Position numbers and translations under genes: made by a program. Below, piece by piece: positions 31,231 through 46,092 of a DNA stretch of 64,000 bases; position 1 is the stretch's first letter; each line of letters opens with the position of its first letter. The notes below the pieces were generated by a model, which worked only from the letters and a program-made list of their open reading frames with translations, was not told where the DNA came from and did no database searches. Source of the stretch: Marsupella aquatica (lineage: Eukaryota > Plantae > Marchantiophyta); contig OZ316896.1 of NCBI GenBank assembly GCA_973895155.1, positions 16,852,754 to 16,916,753 on the forward strand, in the 5' to 3' direction.

Positions 31231-34129
31231 TCTACTGCTAAAATGCGTCACCAGGCCATGCCCTGCGTAAGCAATTACCTCCCCTGTCGTGCATGGCTAC
31301 TGTCCTCTCCTGTCGTGTATGGCTAGATTAGAGTTCTGTCCTGCATTCTTTGCTAGTCGCGTAGCAACTGGGGCAGCAATCAATCAATCATGATCCAGCC
31401 TGGGTAGCAACTAGCAAGCATTGTCGTATGCAGACGGAATTTACTCTTTCAATTTTCTGTTGTTCTCTGGATCATCGGGGTGTTGTGTTAGTCTCTCTCG
31501 CCCTTTTGTATCTCTTCCTTTTGTATCTCTTCCTTTTGTATCGCTTTCACTTCGCCATGGCCTCTTTTGGTTCAAATCGCAGTCGTTCTTTTCCTGATTC
31601 GATCGTTTGTTTGTTAACAATCTTTGATGGGGCAGCTTCGATCAAAATCAACAATCAAAATCAACAACGAGAACGCGTACAATCAAAATCAACAACGAGA
31701 GCGCGTACAAAGGTTGTGGCGCAGAGGTGCGCTCCTTGTAGTGTGGATTGGGGGCGGGATGGATTGTAGTGGACTACTACGTTGAGCTTCAGTGATCTGC
31801 TAGAGTAGTTGAGGTCGATCAGTCCTTATCGATCTTGTCAATGTCCTTATCGATTCTCTTTGCTTCTCCTTCTTTCTGCTCGATCTATTTGTTTCTGATT
31901 AAGATGTGCTGCGCCTCTTTTCTGTCCTCGATCAGTTCTCATTTTTGCTTTCTTCATTCGGCTTCTGATCTATTTTGATTTTGTTTCTCCAACATTCCTC
32001 TTTACTTTGCACTTCAAGAGGCGAAACTCCTTTCGAGATTTCCTCTTTTCATTACTTTCATCAAAAGCCTTCCTCCCTTTCAAAATGTTGATGTGCTTCT
32101 TTTGTTCTGACGGTTTTATTTCGGCAGTTACACAGGAATACGGTTACTGTTTACGTTGAACACTATTTACTTTTATAAAAAAACATTTATAAATTTAAGT
32201 AAAGAGAATATGGGTGAATGTTTTTAATCTCGCCCTTTGTATCAATAGATTTGGATGAACTACTTTTAATTATTTTTACATTATGTTTTGACGGCACGAC
32301 GTCCATAAAATTACACGAAAAGCGACGTAAACAAGATGGAGAGGAGTTTATTCGTTGCGCAAACATGACCATTCTTGTTTGTTGCGGTTGTTGCTGACGT
32401 GGCATGCTGTGGTGCCAGGAATTTTGGAAGGAACCTCTAGTGGGCTCCGTAATAAAATACCAAATACAAGGCTTGCACCCCAATAAAGAAATCAAAGAAT
32501 CCCTAGAGTTACAAGAAAATTTAATAAGTCAAAACTTGAAAGTAGTTCCCTACTATCAATCTCAAACATCCTTATCAAAGCTAGCAAATTTCATGTGTTA
32601 GACAAGTGCCTTCCCCAATTGTAGGGAACGTATAAGGATTACAAAGTAGCCTGTCCTAGGAAGGCACAACTACTTTAGACACAATTTTGGGAACGCTCAC
32701 ATGTGCGATGCCCCATAAAAGCTAATCATGCCTAATTTTATGAAAATGATGCTCATATGTAGGTAGCTATGGTACCTTTCTAGCTACATACTATGATCAA
32801 GAACGAGCTCATTCCTCTTCTTGCACAAACACAAATAAAATATGATGATAGAAATTAAAGAAGGAGATTCCACTCATTGTTTAGCCATGTTTTTGGTTTG
32901 CATTGCAAGGCTCCAATCAATCAACACATACTCAAACTGTTGCACATGGAGTTATGCGTCTATACACAAAGTTGATGCACCTAGGAGTGGATGGACCCAG
33001 CAATAATTTTGACACCAAAAAATGTGAGCATTCAGTTCTTCAAATGAAAGGTCATATCTACTATAAAAATTACATGTCAAGAGGGTCCATATGGGGTTGT
33101 ATAGTCCATTTGAATGCCACTTGTCAAGCATTGTGCTCTACGAGAGCTATCCTAGGCACCTGCCTCAAAGCACAGAGAAGGGAAAAAGAAATGAAAACAG
33201 GTCTCCTTTTCTATATGGCGTCTGTTGGCCCCCAATTTTTTCAGAGTAAACTACAGTATACCATACTGCTATAGGTCGTTATTAGTGGATAAGATGAAGC
33301 GCCACAGTTGGTTGGATTAGAATAGCCCAAAAGGAATACATACATTTAATAGTGGAGTGGCCAGCACGCACCAAATTGGGCACTGGCGCACTGCGTGGTG
33401 TTTTGTTGCAGAGCAGGGCACTGGCATCGTCATCCTCTTCTTTGCTCCTCACAGTACCACTACCTCGACTATTTCCTAAGTGCACATTTGTGGGAATAAG
33501 CCTGGGCCTTGCACTTACATGTGGTTTGCACTCTGTTTTCAGACTTTGCATTGTGTGTTGAAACTCACATTTTCAGACTTGCACTTGCTTTTAAGTAACA
33601 TGATGATTTTGCTTGCTGCTAGAGTGCCTATGCCTTGAGTAATTTGTCGTCCTTTGTCACATTAGACAAGTTGCACACATTAGACAGTAGGATGGGTTGG
33701 ATTATATATCCAAATCATAAACCCCTGTGAAGTATCTCATAACTGCAACATTAACTCTACATAAAAATAGTGTGCACTTATTGATAAGAGTTCTTCATAC
33801 GATTATGTGCACATAAACCTTACAGAGGGTTTTACACGTACATGTCTGTTGTTTGGTGGAGCCATCTATGCTCTTATAACCAGGCCCGTGACCGAAGCTA
33901 CTGTATGTGGTCACAAGGGCTAAACCAATATCTAGAGTTAAACCGCTACTCACTATGACAAACTGGATCTACCATATTTCACAATTAAAAAGTAATATTT
34001 TCCTTGTAGCGTGGAGTAAACTGGCAGGGTAGAGGAGAGGAGAGAGTGGAATATGGAAAATTGGAAGTATTGGACACTTCCCCCTTGTATATAACCAGCA
34101 GTTGTTTAATGTAGTTTTGACAAAATGTT

Positions 34130-35037
34130 CCCACAATACATTAGCCAGGTCTGAACTTGTGTAATGCACTTAGCAAGAGCTGAAGAGCCAGATGCCTTGC
34201 AATTACGGAGATTTTGCACTTAGGAGTGTGCACTGAGGAAGAGCTGAGTTCCTACAATACATGAACCAGGTTTGCACTTAGTATTGCACTTAGGAAGAGC
34301 TGAAGAGCACATGCCTTGCATTTAGGCAGGATTTGCACTCCAGGAGTGTGCACTGAGGAAGAGCTGACTGTATGAGTCCCCTACAATACATGAACCAGGT
34401 TTGCACTTAGTATTGCACTTAGGAAGAGCTGAAGAGCACATGCCTTGCATTTAGGCAGGATTTGCACTCCAGGAGTGTGCACTGAGGAAGAGCTGACTGT
34501 ATGAGTCCCCTACAATACATGAACCAGGTTTGCACTTAGTATTGCACTTAGGAAGAGCTGAAGAGCACATGCCTTGCATTTAGGCAGGATTTGCACTCCA
34601 GGAGTGTGCACTGAGGAAGAGCTGACTGTATGAGTCCCCTACAATACATGAACCAGATGCCTTCTCAATTTGGCAGTGTCTTGCAATGAGGAAGAACTGA
34701 CTGTACATGCACTCATAAAATACATGAGCCATGTTTGGCACTTACGTATGGCACTTAGGATGAGCTGAAGCACTAGATGCCTTGCAATTAGGCAGATTTT
34801 GCACTTATGCATTGCGTCAAGTAACAGTTGAAAGAGCTAGATGCCTTGCAATTATGCAGGGTCTGCACTTATGGAGCGTGCACTGAGGAAGAGCTGACTG
34901 TACGAGTCCCTACAATACATGAGCCAAGTGTGCACTTATGTACTGCCCTAAGTAAGAGTTGAAGAACTGGATGCCTTTGCAATTAGGCAGGGTATGCACT
35001 TATGGAGTGTGCACTGAGGAAGAGCTGACTGTACGAG
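34130..35037. repeat. Tandem array with a 129-bp unit
   Basis: TACAATACATGAACCAG recurs at 34253, 34382, 34511 and 34640. Three near-identical units with diverged flanking units. Confidence 0.92.
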
Positions 35038-36154
35038 TGTTAAATTTCAAGGACTGAACTTTCTGCCACTCTGGTGCTTGCTGCATCTTTCCTCGCCCTC
35101 CTCCTCCATTTCCTTGTTTCCCTTGTGGGCTCTCTCATCTCCTCTCCTCTCCTCCATTTGAGTTGGGCGATTCCATTATTAGTCACTCACCACCAAATCA
35201 AAGATTTCATTGGGGAAGCAAGCAAGCAAGCAAGCAAGCAACGTAAGCCTCAGGCTTGCTCTCCCAGTTGGGCATTGACACGTCTCGGACCCGTATTTGA
35301 GACCTCTCATCCATCCAAACAGTCGGCCAAATCATCGATCATCAGAGACGTTAATAATAAAAACACTACATCTACTCTCCCTCGCTCGCTCGCTCGTTCT
35401 CGTGCTCTCCCTCTGACGAGACTGAGGAGTGTGGCCAGGCCCTTCATTCCTCACCCTGCTCAGCTCCTGATGAGCTCCTCTTCTTCTTCCCACTCTCGAC
35501 CCAGTTCTGTAGTGAGACACTTCGGCTCGGCCTGATTTCTCCCCAAAACTTTTCAGGGTAGGAGCTGCTACTCTGGTTTTGCCTCTGTTGGGTGTGGGTT
35601 CTGTTTTCATCTCCTTTGCATGTAGCTGTTATTGCTGTATCCGTCACATGTCTTGGAGTGGGTGATGAATTGCTCTGTTTGGTGGATTGAGCTTCATGCA
35701 AGGTCTTGCCTTTGTGACCAGTTGGTCACCAGGTTACTGCGGCCGGTCGTGGGTATCATCGTCCTACTTCCGCCTTCTTTGTTTCTATGCTTGCATAACC
35801 GTAACGGACCGTGGAATCCAGCTTCGTAGGATTGTCCGTCCAGTGTCGGAGGTAGTGTTCCTCTTGAATTCCATTTTGTCGGAGGAGGCGATGGGGACTT
35901 GAGAAGAGGTGGTGAAAGGACCATTGGGTTACGTCATGGAGCTGCCTGAATTGCTTGCTTACTATTGGTCATTGGTGTAGTTCACCTTCTCCCCTGGACT
36001 TTTCATTCGCTGTGGTATAAGAACGGTTGGAAACTGCACTAAAGAGAGACATGATTGGGGGAACAGCTGATTAACGGATTGTTAGTAATGAATGGTGCAG
36101 ACTCGGGGGCCGCTGGCGTCGAGGCGGGCTGGGGCTGGGGAAGAGAAGTAGGAG

Positions 36155-39100
36155 ATGGCGCCATTTCTGCTGCTGCTGAACGCCACCAAAATTTTAGGAG
36201 TGGCAGGCGTAGTTTTTGTCTCTGTGGACAGCCTCTTCTACCGGTCCTTCCGGAAGAAAAATCTTCTCCCGTTTGAGAGCCCAATTGATGAAGACGAAGA
36301 AGTGCTTGCAAGATTTGCCATTGACAAGGATGGTATGAATGATCTGATCGTGGCCCTGCGTTTCATTTTTCATTCTTTGAATGTGTTAGGGGCGAAGTTG
36401 ACTTCAATTTGTGGGTCAAGAGAATGTCCTGATTGAACATTGTCAACTTTGGACAGGTTGTTTGTAACCAGTGTGGCCGATGACTTCCTCTGATGTAACT
36501 TCTTAGCAGTTGCGCATTTAATGAAGGAATACGAATCCGGACAGATGCTTTCTGAACATGTAGGCGGAATTTCATGTCAGATTGTTGTCCATTTGAGTGT
36601 TCTTTCGTGCTTCACAGGGAACGGAAGTCTCCTACGTTGTTCGGCTAGAGGCTGCTTGTTTTAATTTCGTGCCTTTCATTTTATCGTGAGACATTGTCGT
36701 CTGAGGTTGTGTGATTTTGAATCAAGGCAAAAGCTCTCTCAATGCACATGTCTCTGCCTTTCTCCCCCTCCCTCGTACCATCGGGAGCGTCGAAAATGCG
36801 CTGATTTGACGTTCCGGGGCCCCCCTTGTGTGAGCTGACCACTCTGCAACCTTAGGGTCGTCGCAATGAATACCATCATGTGTCTTTCCTATCTCATGTC
36901 AGTATATATTAGTGTAGAAACTTCAAGTAATCGTGAAAACTTAAATATCTGAACACCTAGGGTTTCTTCCTTGTAAATAGTCCCTGAGAATGTGTCTTTG
37001 GGTTGACCTAGGGATTCTTTCAATTGGTGTATGGATCAGATATCATATTCTGATGTTAACCATGCATGCCCGTACCCTGAATGTGATCATGTCCAGAGAC
37101 ATTATCATAGGTCTTTACACAGGGGGCACGCTCATTGAAAATTCATTGTGATTGTCGTCCAATTATCCAGCGTGCTCCACTCTGCAGACAGAATAGCGAT
37201 GGGGGATTTGAGGTGGCGGTATTGAGGGTGACATCTCCCAGAAGTTATCCCTCCACTGGATTGGATGAGCTGATGGTTGTAAAGATTTAGCATTATTCAG
37301 GGTAGAGTTAGTATCAGAGCCCAATGAATCACATAAACATGCGTAAATTCACATAAAGGTTTGTTTCTCAACATTCTGACGTCCTACCGTGGTGTCTGTT
37401 ATGTTTTCAGTGGACGATGGCGGATTCTTTTTTGCCTTAGCAACTGCCCCAGCCCATGTAGAGGATAAACTTCGTGATGCATGGATAGAGTTTGCTGAGG
37501 AAGATAAAGTTAAGGATGCCAAAGCCACTGGAGAGCCTGGCATTCGTGAAGAAATGGCAGAGACAACTCCTGGTAGTATCTCACTGCGAGAGGAGTTGGA
37601 AGCTGCAAAGAAACACGCCGGAGGACCTTCTGCGACTTTAGAGGAGATCCAAGAGCCAAAAGAAGATTCAGAGGTTGCGACATCTCCTCCGCCAGAAATT
37701 GCCGAGGTTACGTCAGGACGTATTTCAGAGAAAGGTTTACACTCTGGAAGTCAAAAGAATGCAGGGGAAGGTGGCAGTCCAAACACTCCAAACAGCGGGG
37801 TCACTGACCCATGGACATTGGTGAGTGACAGTTCAGACAATGATAAGGCAGATGATAGTCGTGGATCTTCCCAGCTTCCTCCGAAAAGGAACGAAAATGT
37901 GGAAAAGGAGGAAGGAAAGGGGGAAGAATCGTTGGATACTGAGGGCGTCCCAGAGTTTGGTGAGCGTCCAAAGATTGGTACACGTCGTAAAGGGAGAACA
38001 ACCGAGGCCAGCATTTTACAGTTCAACCCACCAAGGAAAGCCAAGCAGCTTGGACAGGTGGCCATGGAGGCGATGCTTCGTGGCATCAATAAAGTGACTG
38101 AAGCAATGGAAGGGGAAGACAGTTTCAATGTGGCTGCTTGGCAGAATGCGTATCACCCGTACGTTAAATTATCCTGGAGCATCCAACTACATCACTCCTT
38201 TACCTGGTCTTTTTGCGGTTTTTTGAATGGTATTTTCTCTTCGTAGTCTTTTATCCTTTGTAGGAGCCTCCCTTCAAATAGTTGCAGGAGTGTGTTTCCA
38301 GAGTTCTCATCCTCATTCTGTTTACATACTCTTTCTCATGGCAGAGAGGAGAGGCTACGATTCTGGACTGCACCTGACACGGAGCTGAAACTTGCACAAG
38401 GAGCCAATGTTTCTGTTTTCCGCATGGGTGTTGATTGGAGCAGAATAGTCCCAGTTGAACCTGTCAATGGTACTAGAGAAGCTGTAGGTGGAGCCAGACC
38501 TACACTTTCAAATTTCATGAAGTTTAGTGGCTTATGCAGTAGTGGGATTGAATTGATAGCAACAAATGTTTTACACTGAAGAGTGCGCCGCATCCGAGTA
38601 TTGACATCCGTTTTCCTCTTACAATGGCAGGTGAAATGGGAAGCTGTGAATCAATACAAGTCTATCATTGAAAAAGTACGCTCATATGGTATGAAAGTCA
38701 TGCTTACGTTATTCCACCACTCTCTTCCGGTGTGGGCTGCAAGATATGGTGGCTGGAAGAAGGAGAAGACAACAAAGTACTTTGTAGAGTTTACCAGGTT
38801 GGTTCCTTTTCGATCGAGGGGGAAGATCTGCTGGCGTCGTATCCGTCTCCGGTCTCTATGAGTCTTGTTATGTAATGGAAAATGGAACTCTTTGATAAGG
38901 ATGAAATAATGGATCGCAACTTTGTTCGCATCCAACGGAAACCAGTTATGACTGGTAGAGTCTTTCTTTCTCGTATCAGTAACGTAAAATTAAGGTTTTT
39001 GGTATTTTATTGGCTTTGACTCTTGAAGTTGTTCGACAGCGTTATCTGATTTGTTCTCTCGCAGGCTGGTTGTTGAACAATATGCAGAGTTGGTGGACTT

Positions 39101-41660
39101 CTGGGTGACCTTTAATGAACCTCACGTGTTTGCCATGCTAACGTACTGTGCCGGAGCATGGCCTGGAGGAGATCCTAATTTGCTAGAGACCGCAACTGCA
39201 GTCCTACCCAAGGGGGTTTTTAAAGTAGTGATGGCTGCGATGGCAGATTCACATAATCAGGCTTTTGACATTATTCACGACATCAGGTATGTATTTAGCG
39301 GATTCCCACATTCCCATACAGTTCTCTCAAGAAAAATAAGTCACTTAAGTCTGTTTACCGTCTATTCCCATCTTTCTCTGGTCAGGTGACCAGGTTAACA
39401 ACACCGTCGACTAGAGGGTTGATTCAGAGGCTGCCCTTAAAATGACCTGACGGTATAACTTGGTTAGAGAATGGTAATTGATGTCCTTGGGGATTTTGTC
39501 AAACAAGAGACAAAATGCTAACTTGGTTAGCATAGTTACTTTGGCAAATTCGAGGAGAAATGTGAAGTTGTTTCTACTTTGTCAATTGTTAGTCTGAAAA
39601 CTATGCTGTTACTTTGGCTGGAGAAGTTTATAAGACAGTTCGCACAATTCTTGGTGAAACACTGCATTCCTTCTTGGGGTAAAGTTTTTTTGATGCCATA
39701 ATATGTTTGATAACAGTAAGAAGCTTTCAAAGAAGACGAAAGTTGGAGTGGCGCACCATGTATCTTTTATGCGACCATATGGTCTGCCTGACGTACCGCT
39801 TGTCATGCTGAGCGACTGGATGACTCGTTTTGCATTCATTGATGACGTTGCTAACAAGCTGGATTACATTGGTATCAACTACTATGGCCAGGTGCACTTC
39901 CTATCCAATCTGTAGTATAGAAGAAAGAGCAACTTTGGTGTTTGAGAGTCGTGAGAAATCGTTCGTGGTGGTCCAAATTTCTGATCAATGTTTTTAGAAT
40001 GAGAGCATTGGGCTCTCCTTGCTTGTTGTTGACGCCAATTTCCTTGTTTGTTCAGGAGGTCGTGTCTGCGCCTGGATTAAAGCATGTAGAGAGAGATGAG
40101 TACAGTGAATCTGGGCGAGGTGTCTACCCAGATGGGTTGTACCGTGTGCTGGTTTCTTTTCATGAACGTTACAAGAAGTTTGGTGTCCCATACATAATCA
40201 CTGAGAATGGTGTCTCAGATTCTAGTGATTACATCCGACGACCGTACATTACGGAGCACCTCTTAGCCGTGCGCGCTGCCATGGACAAGGTCTCTGTTCT
40301 GAACTTATTGATGGTCTTTTCAATCTCTATACATCTGTGAGGCTGACAGTTTATCGTTATGGTAATAACAAGGGACGACGTGAGGTTGACGAGGATTTAG
40401 ATTACTTAATTGTAGTACAGGAGGCCAAATCATTGAGTCTATATCCTTAGCGCGTTGTATTTGCCTTTACATGAACTTGTCTGTAAAAGGCGCCCGGCTG
40501 AATATCCTGCAGGGAATTCCAGTTCAAGGCTACTGCTTCTGGACCACTTCAGACAATTGGGAGTGGGCTGATGGGTATGGTCCAAAGTTTGGTCTCGTTG
40601 CAGTTGATCGGCATAATAACCTTGCTCGTACCCCACGCCCATCCTATTATCTGTTTGGTGAGGTATGTGAACTGGACAACCGGCAAACCTAAGTGTATGT
40701 AAATGAGCATGAGGTAGATTTGTACATTTTTGGTTCCAATATTTTGTGAAAGCCTGCTGATTTCATACATACAAGGTGACCTGTCCAGCGTGTGTGAAAT
40801 GCGCGTCTTCAGGCCTTGCTTTACAAAACTGTCTGAATTTAAAGTTATTGGATCGTGTGTGAAATGCGCCTCTTCAGGCCTTGCTTTTCAAAAGTTTGTC
40901 TGAATTTAAAGTTATTGGATTCGGATCTTGCACTGGTTCTGAATTTAGTGGAGAATGTGTAGATATTATGGATTCTGATTGCATCTTCGAAGTGCAGATT
41001 GCGAAAACAGGAATTCTGACGAAGCAACAGAGGGATCAAGCATGGGATGAGCTGCAGGCAGTTGCTGCAGAAGGGAAGAAGCGGCCCTTCTGTCGAGCGG
41101 TGGATTCTAATGGCCTCATGTACTCGGGTAAATAAGCCATGCCGAATTACTTTACCGTGCCAATTTAACGAAGATGCTCCTCGTCCTTGCATTTTATGCC
41201 TTTCGATCATGAGTTTGAGATTTGTACATTTTATATTTCTGACAGCATTGCTGATCTGGGACATCTAGTTGAATTCCTGCGCTTTAAGGAGAAATTTCCT
41301 GGACCACTGCGCTAATCCAGGTGGCCTATTCCAGTTCTTTAGTTCATGCTCCAAAATATGAGTAGGGGCCTTACAGTGTTCTCATAACTAACTATCACTG
41401 TTGGTGTTCTGTGGTCAGGTGGTCTAGATGAGCCAATATCTCTTCCCTTTGCGCAGAGGGACTGGAGGTTTGGACACTATGAGATGGAAGGTTTGCAAGA
41501 CCCTCTCAGTAGATTTGTCCGTTTCATTTTGTCTGGAGCTTTTCTTGGTCGTAAAAAGGGAGCCAACAAGCAGAATAGACCTCCTAGTCGTAAACCATCA
41601 TCACGACTTCCAGAGCTGAGGTCCAAAGAGGTTGAAGAGGCAGTCCCGGCCATTGCGTAA
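36155..41660 (+). CDS. SFR2: SENSITIVE TO FREEZING 2-like galactolipid:galactolipid galactosyltransferase (GH1 family), 10 exons
   Basis: Exons 36155-36332, 37411-38158, 38345-38483, 38631-38797, 39065-39286, 39717-39891, 40056-40289, 40513-40662, 40998-41127, 41419-41660, all GT-AG and phase-consistent. SFR2 hallmarks SPIDE..EVLA, FFFALATAPAHVED and RDWRFGHYEMEGLQDPL; GH1 catalytic motifs TFNEP and ITENG. Confidence 0.95.
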
Positions 41661-44600
41661 GCTTCAATAGATTTGTACCATGTTCATCTGCATGAACTGA
41701 AAAAAATGTTCTTCTATAGCTACATACAGAAGGATCCAACCTGTAAATAGAAGAGCAAGAAACCGAAACTGCTTATGGTTTAAGTGGTTCAAAGTTCACT
41801 CCTCGAAATGCTGGGTGTGGAATCCATCAAGCTCAGAATATGGAAGTTCAGTTTTAGTCACTGCAGCTAGTGATTTAGAGAAAGGCTTTGCAGTGGCTTT
41901 GTACAGACTAACATGCTGTTATTTTAAGGGATTGGACGAGTTGCAATTTTTTTTTTGAACTGGGTTTGGATGAATGCGGTGACTGTATCTCGGTAGGACG
42001 TCCAAGCCTCCGATTACTCCAATTCACATTAGTGAAGCTACCAGAGCAACTCCCTTGTTGTGCATGCACAGGCTAACTGTAATTTGCTGCAGAACTTTTG
42101 GGATGGTTAAGGCCCTGGTAACACACTAATCATGCGTCTCAAGCCTGTTTGGATTCGAGAGCAGCAGTGATTGATGTATGTGCCGTCCACGGAACATGAG
42201 TGGTAGGAACCACCTCCCAAGTGAATGATTCACCACAAGAAAACGCGTATGTTGGAAGCAAATGACTCTTCTCCTGCTTTTTTCATCATCTGGCTTCCAT
42301 CTGAGCTCTCTGTTGTGAGGCGCGTTAACCCACTGATGTATCACCGTGGCGGGGTGTTCCTCCCTCCAAAGCAGATATGAGGAGGAGATTCATTTGTGAG
42401 CGGAATATGTATCACCCAGTTGATCTAGCTCAACCATATGTCGTGGGGACATGGCAACACTTGAAGAGTTTGTTACCATTCGCTAGCCTCCATGCTAGTT
42501 GAAGTCTTGCCATTGAGGGATTGAGACATAGTACATCTGCATTACAGTGGTCTTGTAAAGCGGAAAATAATCCTAGAGTCCTTTGAGGAGGTTGGTAAAG
42601 AGCTCAGCTTGTGACGATACCCACAAGCTCTCTACAGAAGGTAAGTAAGATGCACTAAGGCGCTCTGCAAGATTTGTTTCCTAGTCTCTTTGTGCTGGAA
42701 GTCTGCAGAAGTTTTTGCAGGCGGCTTCATATCCAGGTAGAGGTAGATATAAATCTCTCCATATTTCTTTTTGTGTGTGTATTCGTAGGTTTTTGGTTTT
42801 CGTTTATTTGGGGACTGCTTTACTTTCCGTCAGCTGTAGACAATGAGAACATTGGTTTTATATAACGCCAACCTAGTCAATGTATCAGCAGACAAAATTA
42901 ACATACATTGGTTGCATATGATACCCAAATCCAGACCACCTTGGCGTGTGAGCCCTTCCGACTGTATTTTAATCTAAAACTTTGGGATAACATTAAATTA
43001 AACCCAAAAACACATAGAATACAATTCTACAGAAGACATTGAAAGATAAATAATACCACAACAAAACAAGTACTATCTTCCCGTGCAATTTCAAATTGAG
43101 CAAGAAATCTAAAGAAGGCAATCAACGAGCAAGCCCTTCCTTGAAGGTTTTCTTTCCACACAGTAATTCGCTGTCAACTTCTGTTTCCATAGTCTTATTA
43201 CGAACATACCTGTATATCAACCACCTTCTTTTTCCAATTTTTTTTCCTCCGGGAGGATACATGTGGATACGTAACCACTTGGTATTCAAGTATTATTCCT
43301 TCTTTACTCTCATCTTCTTTACCATATTTTGATTACAAAGATACCTGACGTTCTATTTGCAGGCAAGAAAATTGATGCTATGGATGGCATAGATGAGATG
43401 GCCAAGCTAAGATACGTCCAGCCATTGAAACCTGTCTCAGGAATTTCATGTCTGGTTAAAGCTCCAGGCATACCTAGGATCTCATGATGCATGGATCCTT
43501 TGAGGTTGCTGATGTGGAAGGAGGCGAGGATGGGGGCACTGTCCTCTGGCTGTCAATCCCCTTGAACACATTTTCTAGCAGAACGTTGTATAGTATAAAT
43601 GAGATGGCCAGGCAATTAGATGTTGTGGGGAGCCAAGGAGTGTGAAAGTTTCTGGGAGAGTGACCAGTTGGGAGTGGAAAAGGTGCACAATGGCACCTTA
43701 AACCACCATTGTCCACCAGGTTCAGGGAGGACGAAATATAACATTTTTTTACTGTTTTGAGCCCATTTTTGGTTTATTTTAGTAGTGTAGATCCACTAGG
43801 TTGTAGATCCACTAGGTTTTGGTTCGGGGACAGTGGCGCTTTAAGGCCTATCTCATGATTAGGAAAGAACGCCACCACAATCAAATGGCCAGGAACATTT
43901 TCAACAAGAATGATGTTTTGTAAACAGATTATGAAAAAACAACAGCGAGATTGCACATTATAAAGTGTAGGTGAATAAGTGGCGGATATTTTCTTCGATG
44001 AAAACTTTAAAAATTAGCTACAGCAACATAAACCAAATAGAGTGGAGAATCTAATGGGGCACCCCATGTGTACCTAGAATTTTTATCATATAAAAATTCT
44101 CATCAGATATGAAAAAAGTAAGAATCTGTTGAAGTCACACAATATCTCTTCTATTGTTTTTTTTTAATTGTGAAAGGCTAGTATGGGCAACCTTGCCCTA
44201 GACTGGCTGTAAATCACACGTCCAAATACCCTCCTCATTTGTTGCAAGTGAGTTCCTATCTTTCTCACTATTCTCTTCTCTACATAGACTCAAACATTCA
44301 CTATTCTTTATCGGGTTGAGGCCTTCACGTGGTTTTAGGGGCTGGTTTTAGGGGCCTCTAGAAATTTCCTCTTCATGGTCTCTAATATGGTTTACTCCAT
44401 AGCTTTACCACGCTATTCAGTTTGCTGCTTTGGAGGGCTTCAGTTCTTTTGCAGTTGTATGGGACTCCAGGGCTGTAAGGCTTTCCTTGGTTTTCTCCCC
44501 TTTATTTGGCTATTTCATGCCTTTGGTATATATTCTGTCTCCCCATTTGTAGCTTTTCTTCTTTGGCTTTGTGATATAATAATGTTAGATTTTATAAGTA

Positions 44601-45362
44601 GATATAACTAAATGTCACACATAATATTTCCTTCTGTCTGTCTGTCCCTTGCAGGAGAATTTTGGGGTTGAAGCGGGGTTGGAGGCAAGTTCCCGGCATG
44701 CAAGGAGAAAACCACAGGAAAACCTGCGGCAACTGGGAAGGGCAAATGTTTGGAGTCAGCTGAGAATCATTTGAAGTTACTCATGCAATCCGCATTTCTG
44801 GGGACAAGTATTGAATACTATTGTACAAGAAAGAATTTTGCCAAATCAACAAGGGAGAATTCCTTTTTCTTAAGTCCCAACTTTTAATACTGTAAAGATT
44901 TTGGTGGCAGTACCGGAGTTGCAACTTGGCTCAGAATCTTTGACCATGAAAAGTTATTTACATGACTTGCTTCCAGACTTTTGTGGGTGGCCGTCTAAGA
45001 TTTTTCCCAGCCATAATTATTACTTGAGAAAGATGGCTATTATCATCAAATCACTACTATTGGAGTTAGATCACATCTTCATTACCAACATAAAATTTAT
45101 ACATCACCACTTTATTCATCTTCCAATCAAAATCCATCTGTCATTCATAGTTTCCACTAAATTATGAATCCCTTCTCAGAGCATCTTCACAAAAGTGAAA
45201 ATGTCATTCCAAAGAGGGCTAATTCTCCGCTCATGCCTAAACTACTCAGGGCATGCTTCACAAAAGTCAAGCCTACATTGGTAGTAAGCTTATAGGCTCT
45301 ATATTTACACCTCCAGTTTTCAACCAAAGCTAATTCTTGTCATTAATGATATATACTATGTT

Positions 45363-46092
45363 AACTCAGAACTAAACTGAAGCTGGAGGCTTATTAAGAG
45401 TCTCCGTACATGGCTGCCCACATACGAGACCGGGCTAATCCCAAATTTTTTGACTGTCAAGACCGTACGATTGAACCCCACTTTTGGGTGTGAGTGGGTT
45501 GAATGACAAAAGCTTTCATCAATTCAAACTCAGACTAGACCTCCCCGGCCCCAGGGAGCTCTTCTACCATGTAGCCTAGACGCTTCTACCATGCAGCCTA
45601 GATGCAGCTGGTGACCAAGAGGATGCATGCCCAGTATTTAACCTTATATTGGCGTCAGGAAAAGTGAGCAGTGGGCAGCTAAGTATGGGCTAATCAATGT
45701 TAATTGCACTGATTAACCTTGATCTCATGCCTAGTCCCTAATTGTAATTAAGAACTAAACTCAAGCATGAAGCTCATTAAGAGCTTCCATACACAGTTGC
45801 CTCATATGAGACTGGGCCAATCTAAATTTTTTCAAGTGTCAAGAGGGTATGAATGAACCCCACTTTTGGGTGGGGTGAATGACAAAAACTTTCATTGCAG
45901 CCAGGATTCAAATTCGAGACCTCCCGTGGCCCAGTGAGCTCCTCTACCATGCAAGCCTAGCTAGAGGCAACTGGTGACCAAAGGGGTGTGCACCCAGTAT
46001 TTAACCTAATACCGGCATCAGGAAAAGAGTAAGCAGCGGACAGCCAAATATGGGCTAATGACTAAACTCGATCTTATGTCTCGTCCCTAATG
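45363..46092 (-). repeat. Two diverged ~380-bp tandem copies, possibly tRNA-derived SINE-like
   Basis: 45363-45745 aligns with 45750-46092. On the minus strand each has TGGTAGA (A-box-like) followed by GAATTTGAATCC or GAGTTTGAATT (B-box-like). Confidence 0.45.

Noticed and set aside
34130-35037. CRISPR-like array
   Set aside because: Whole units repeat, there are no unique spacers or cas genes, and the context is eukaryotic.
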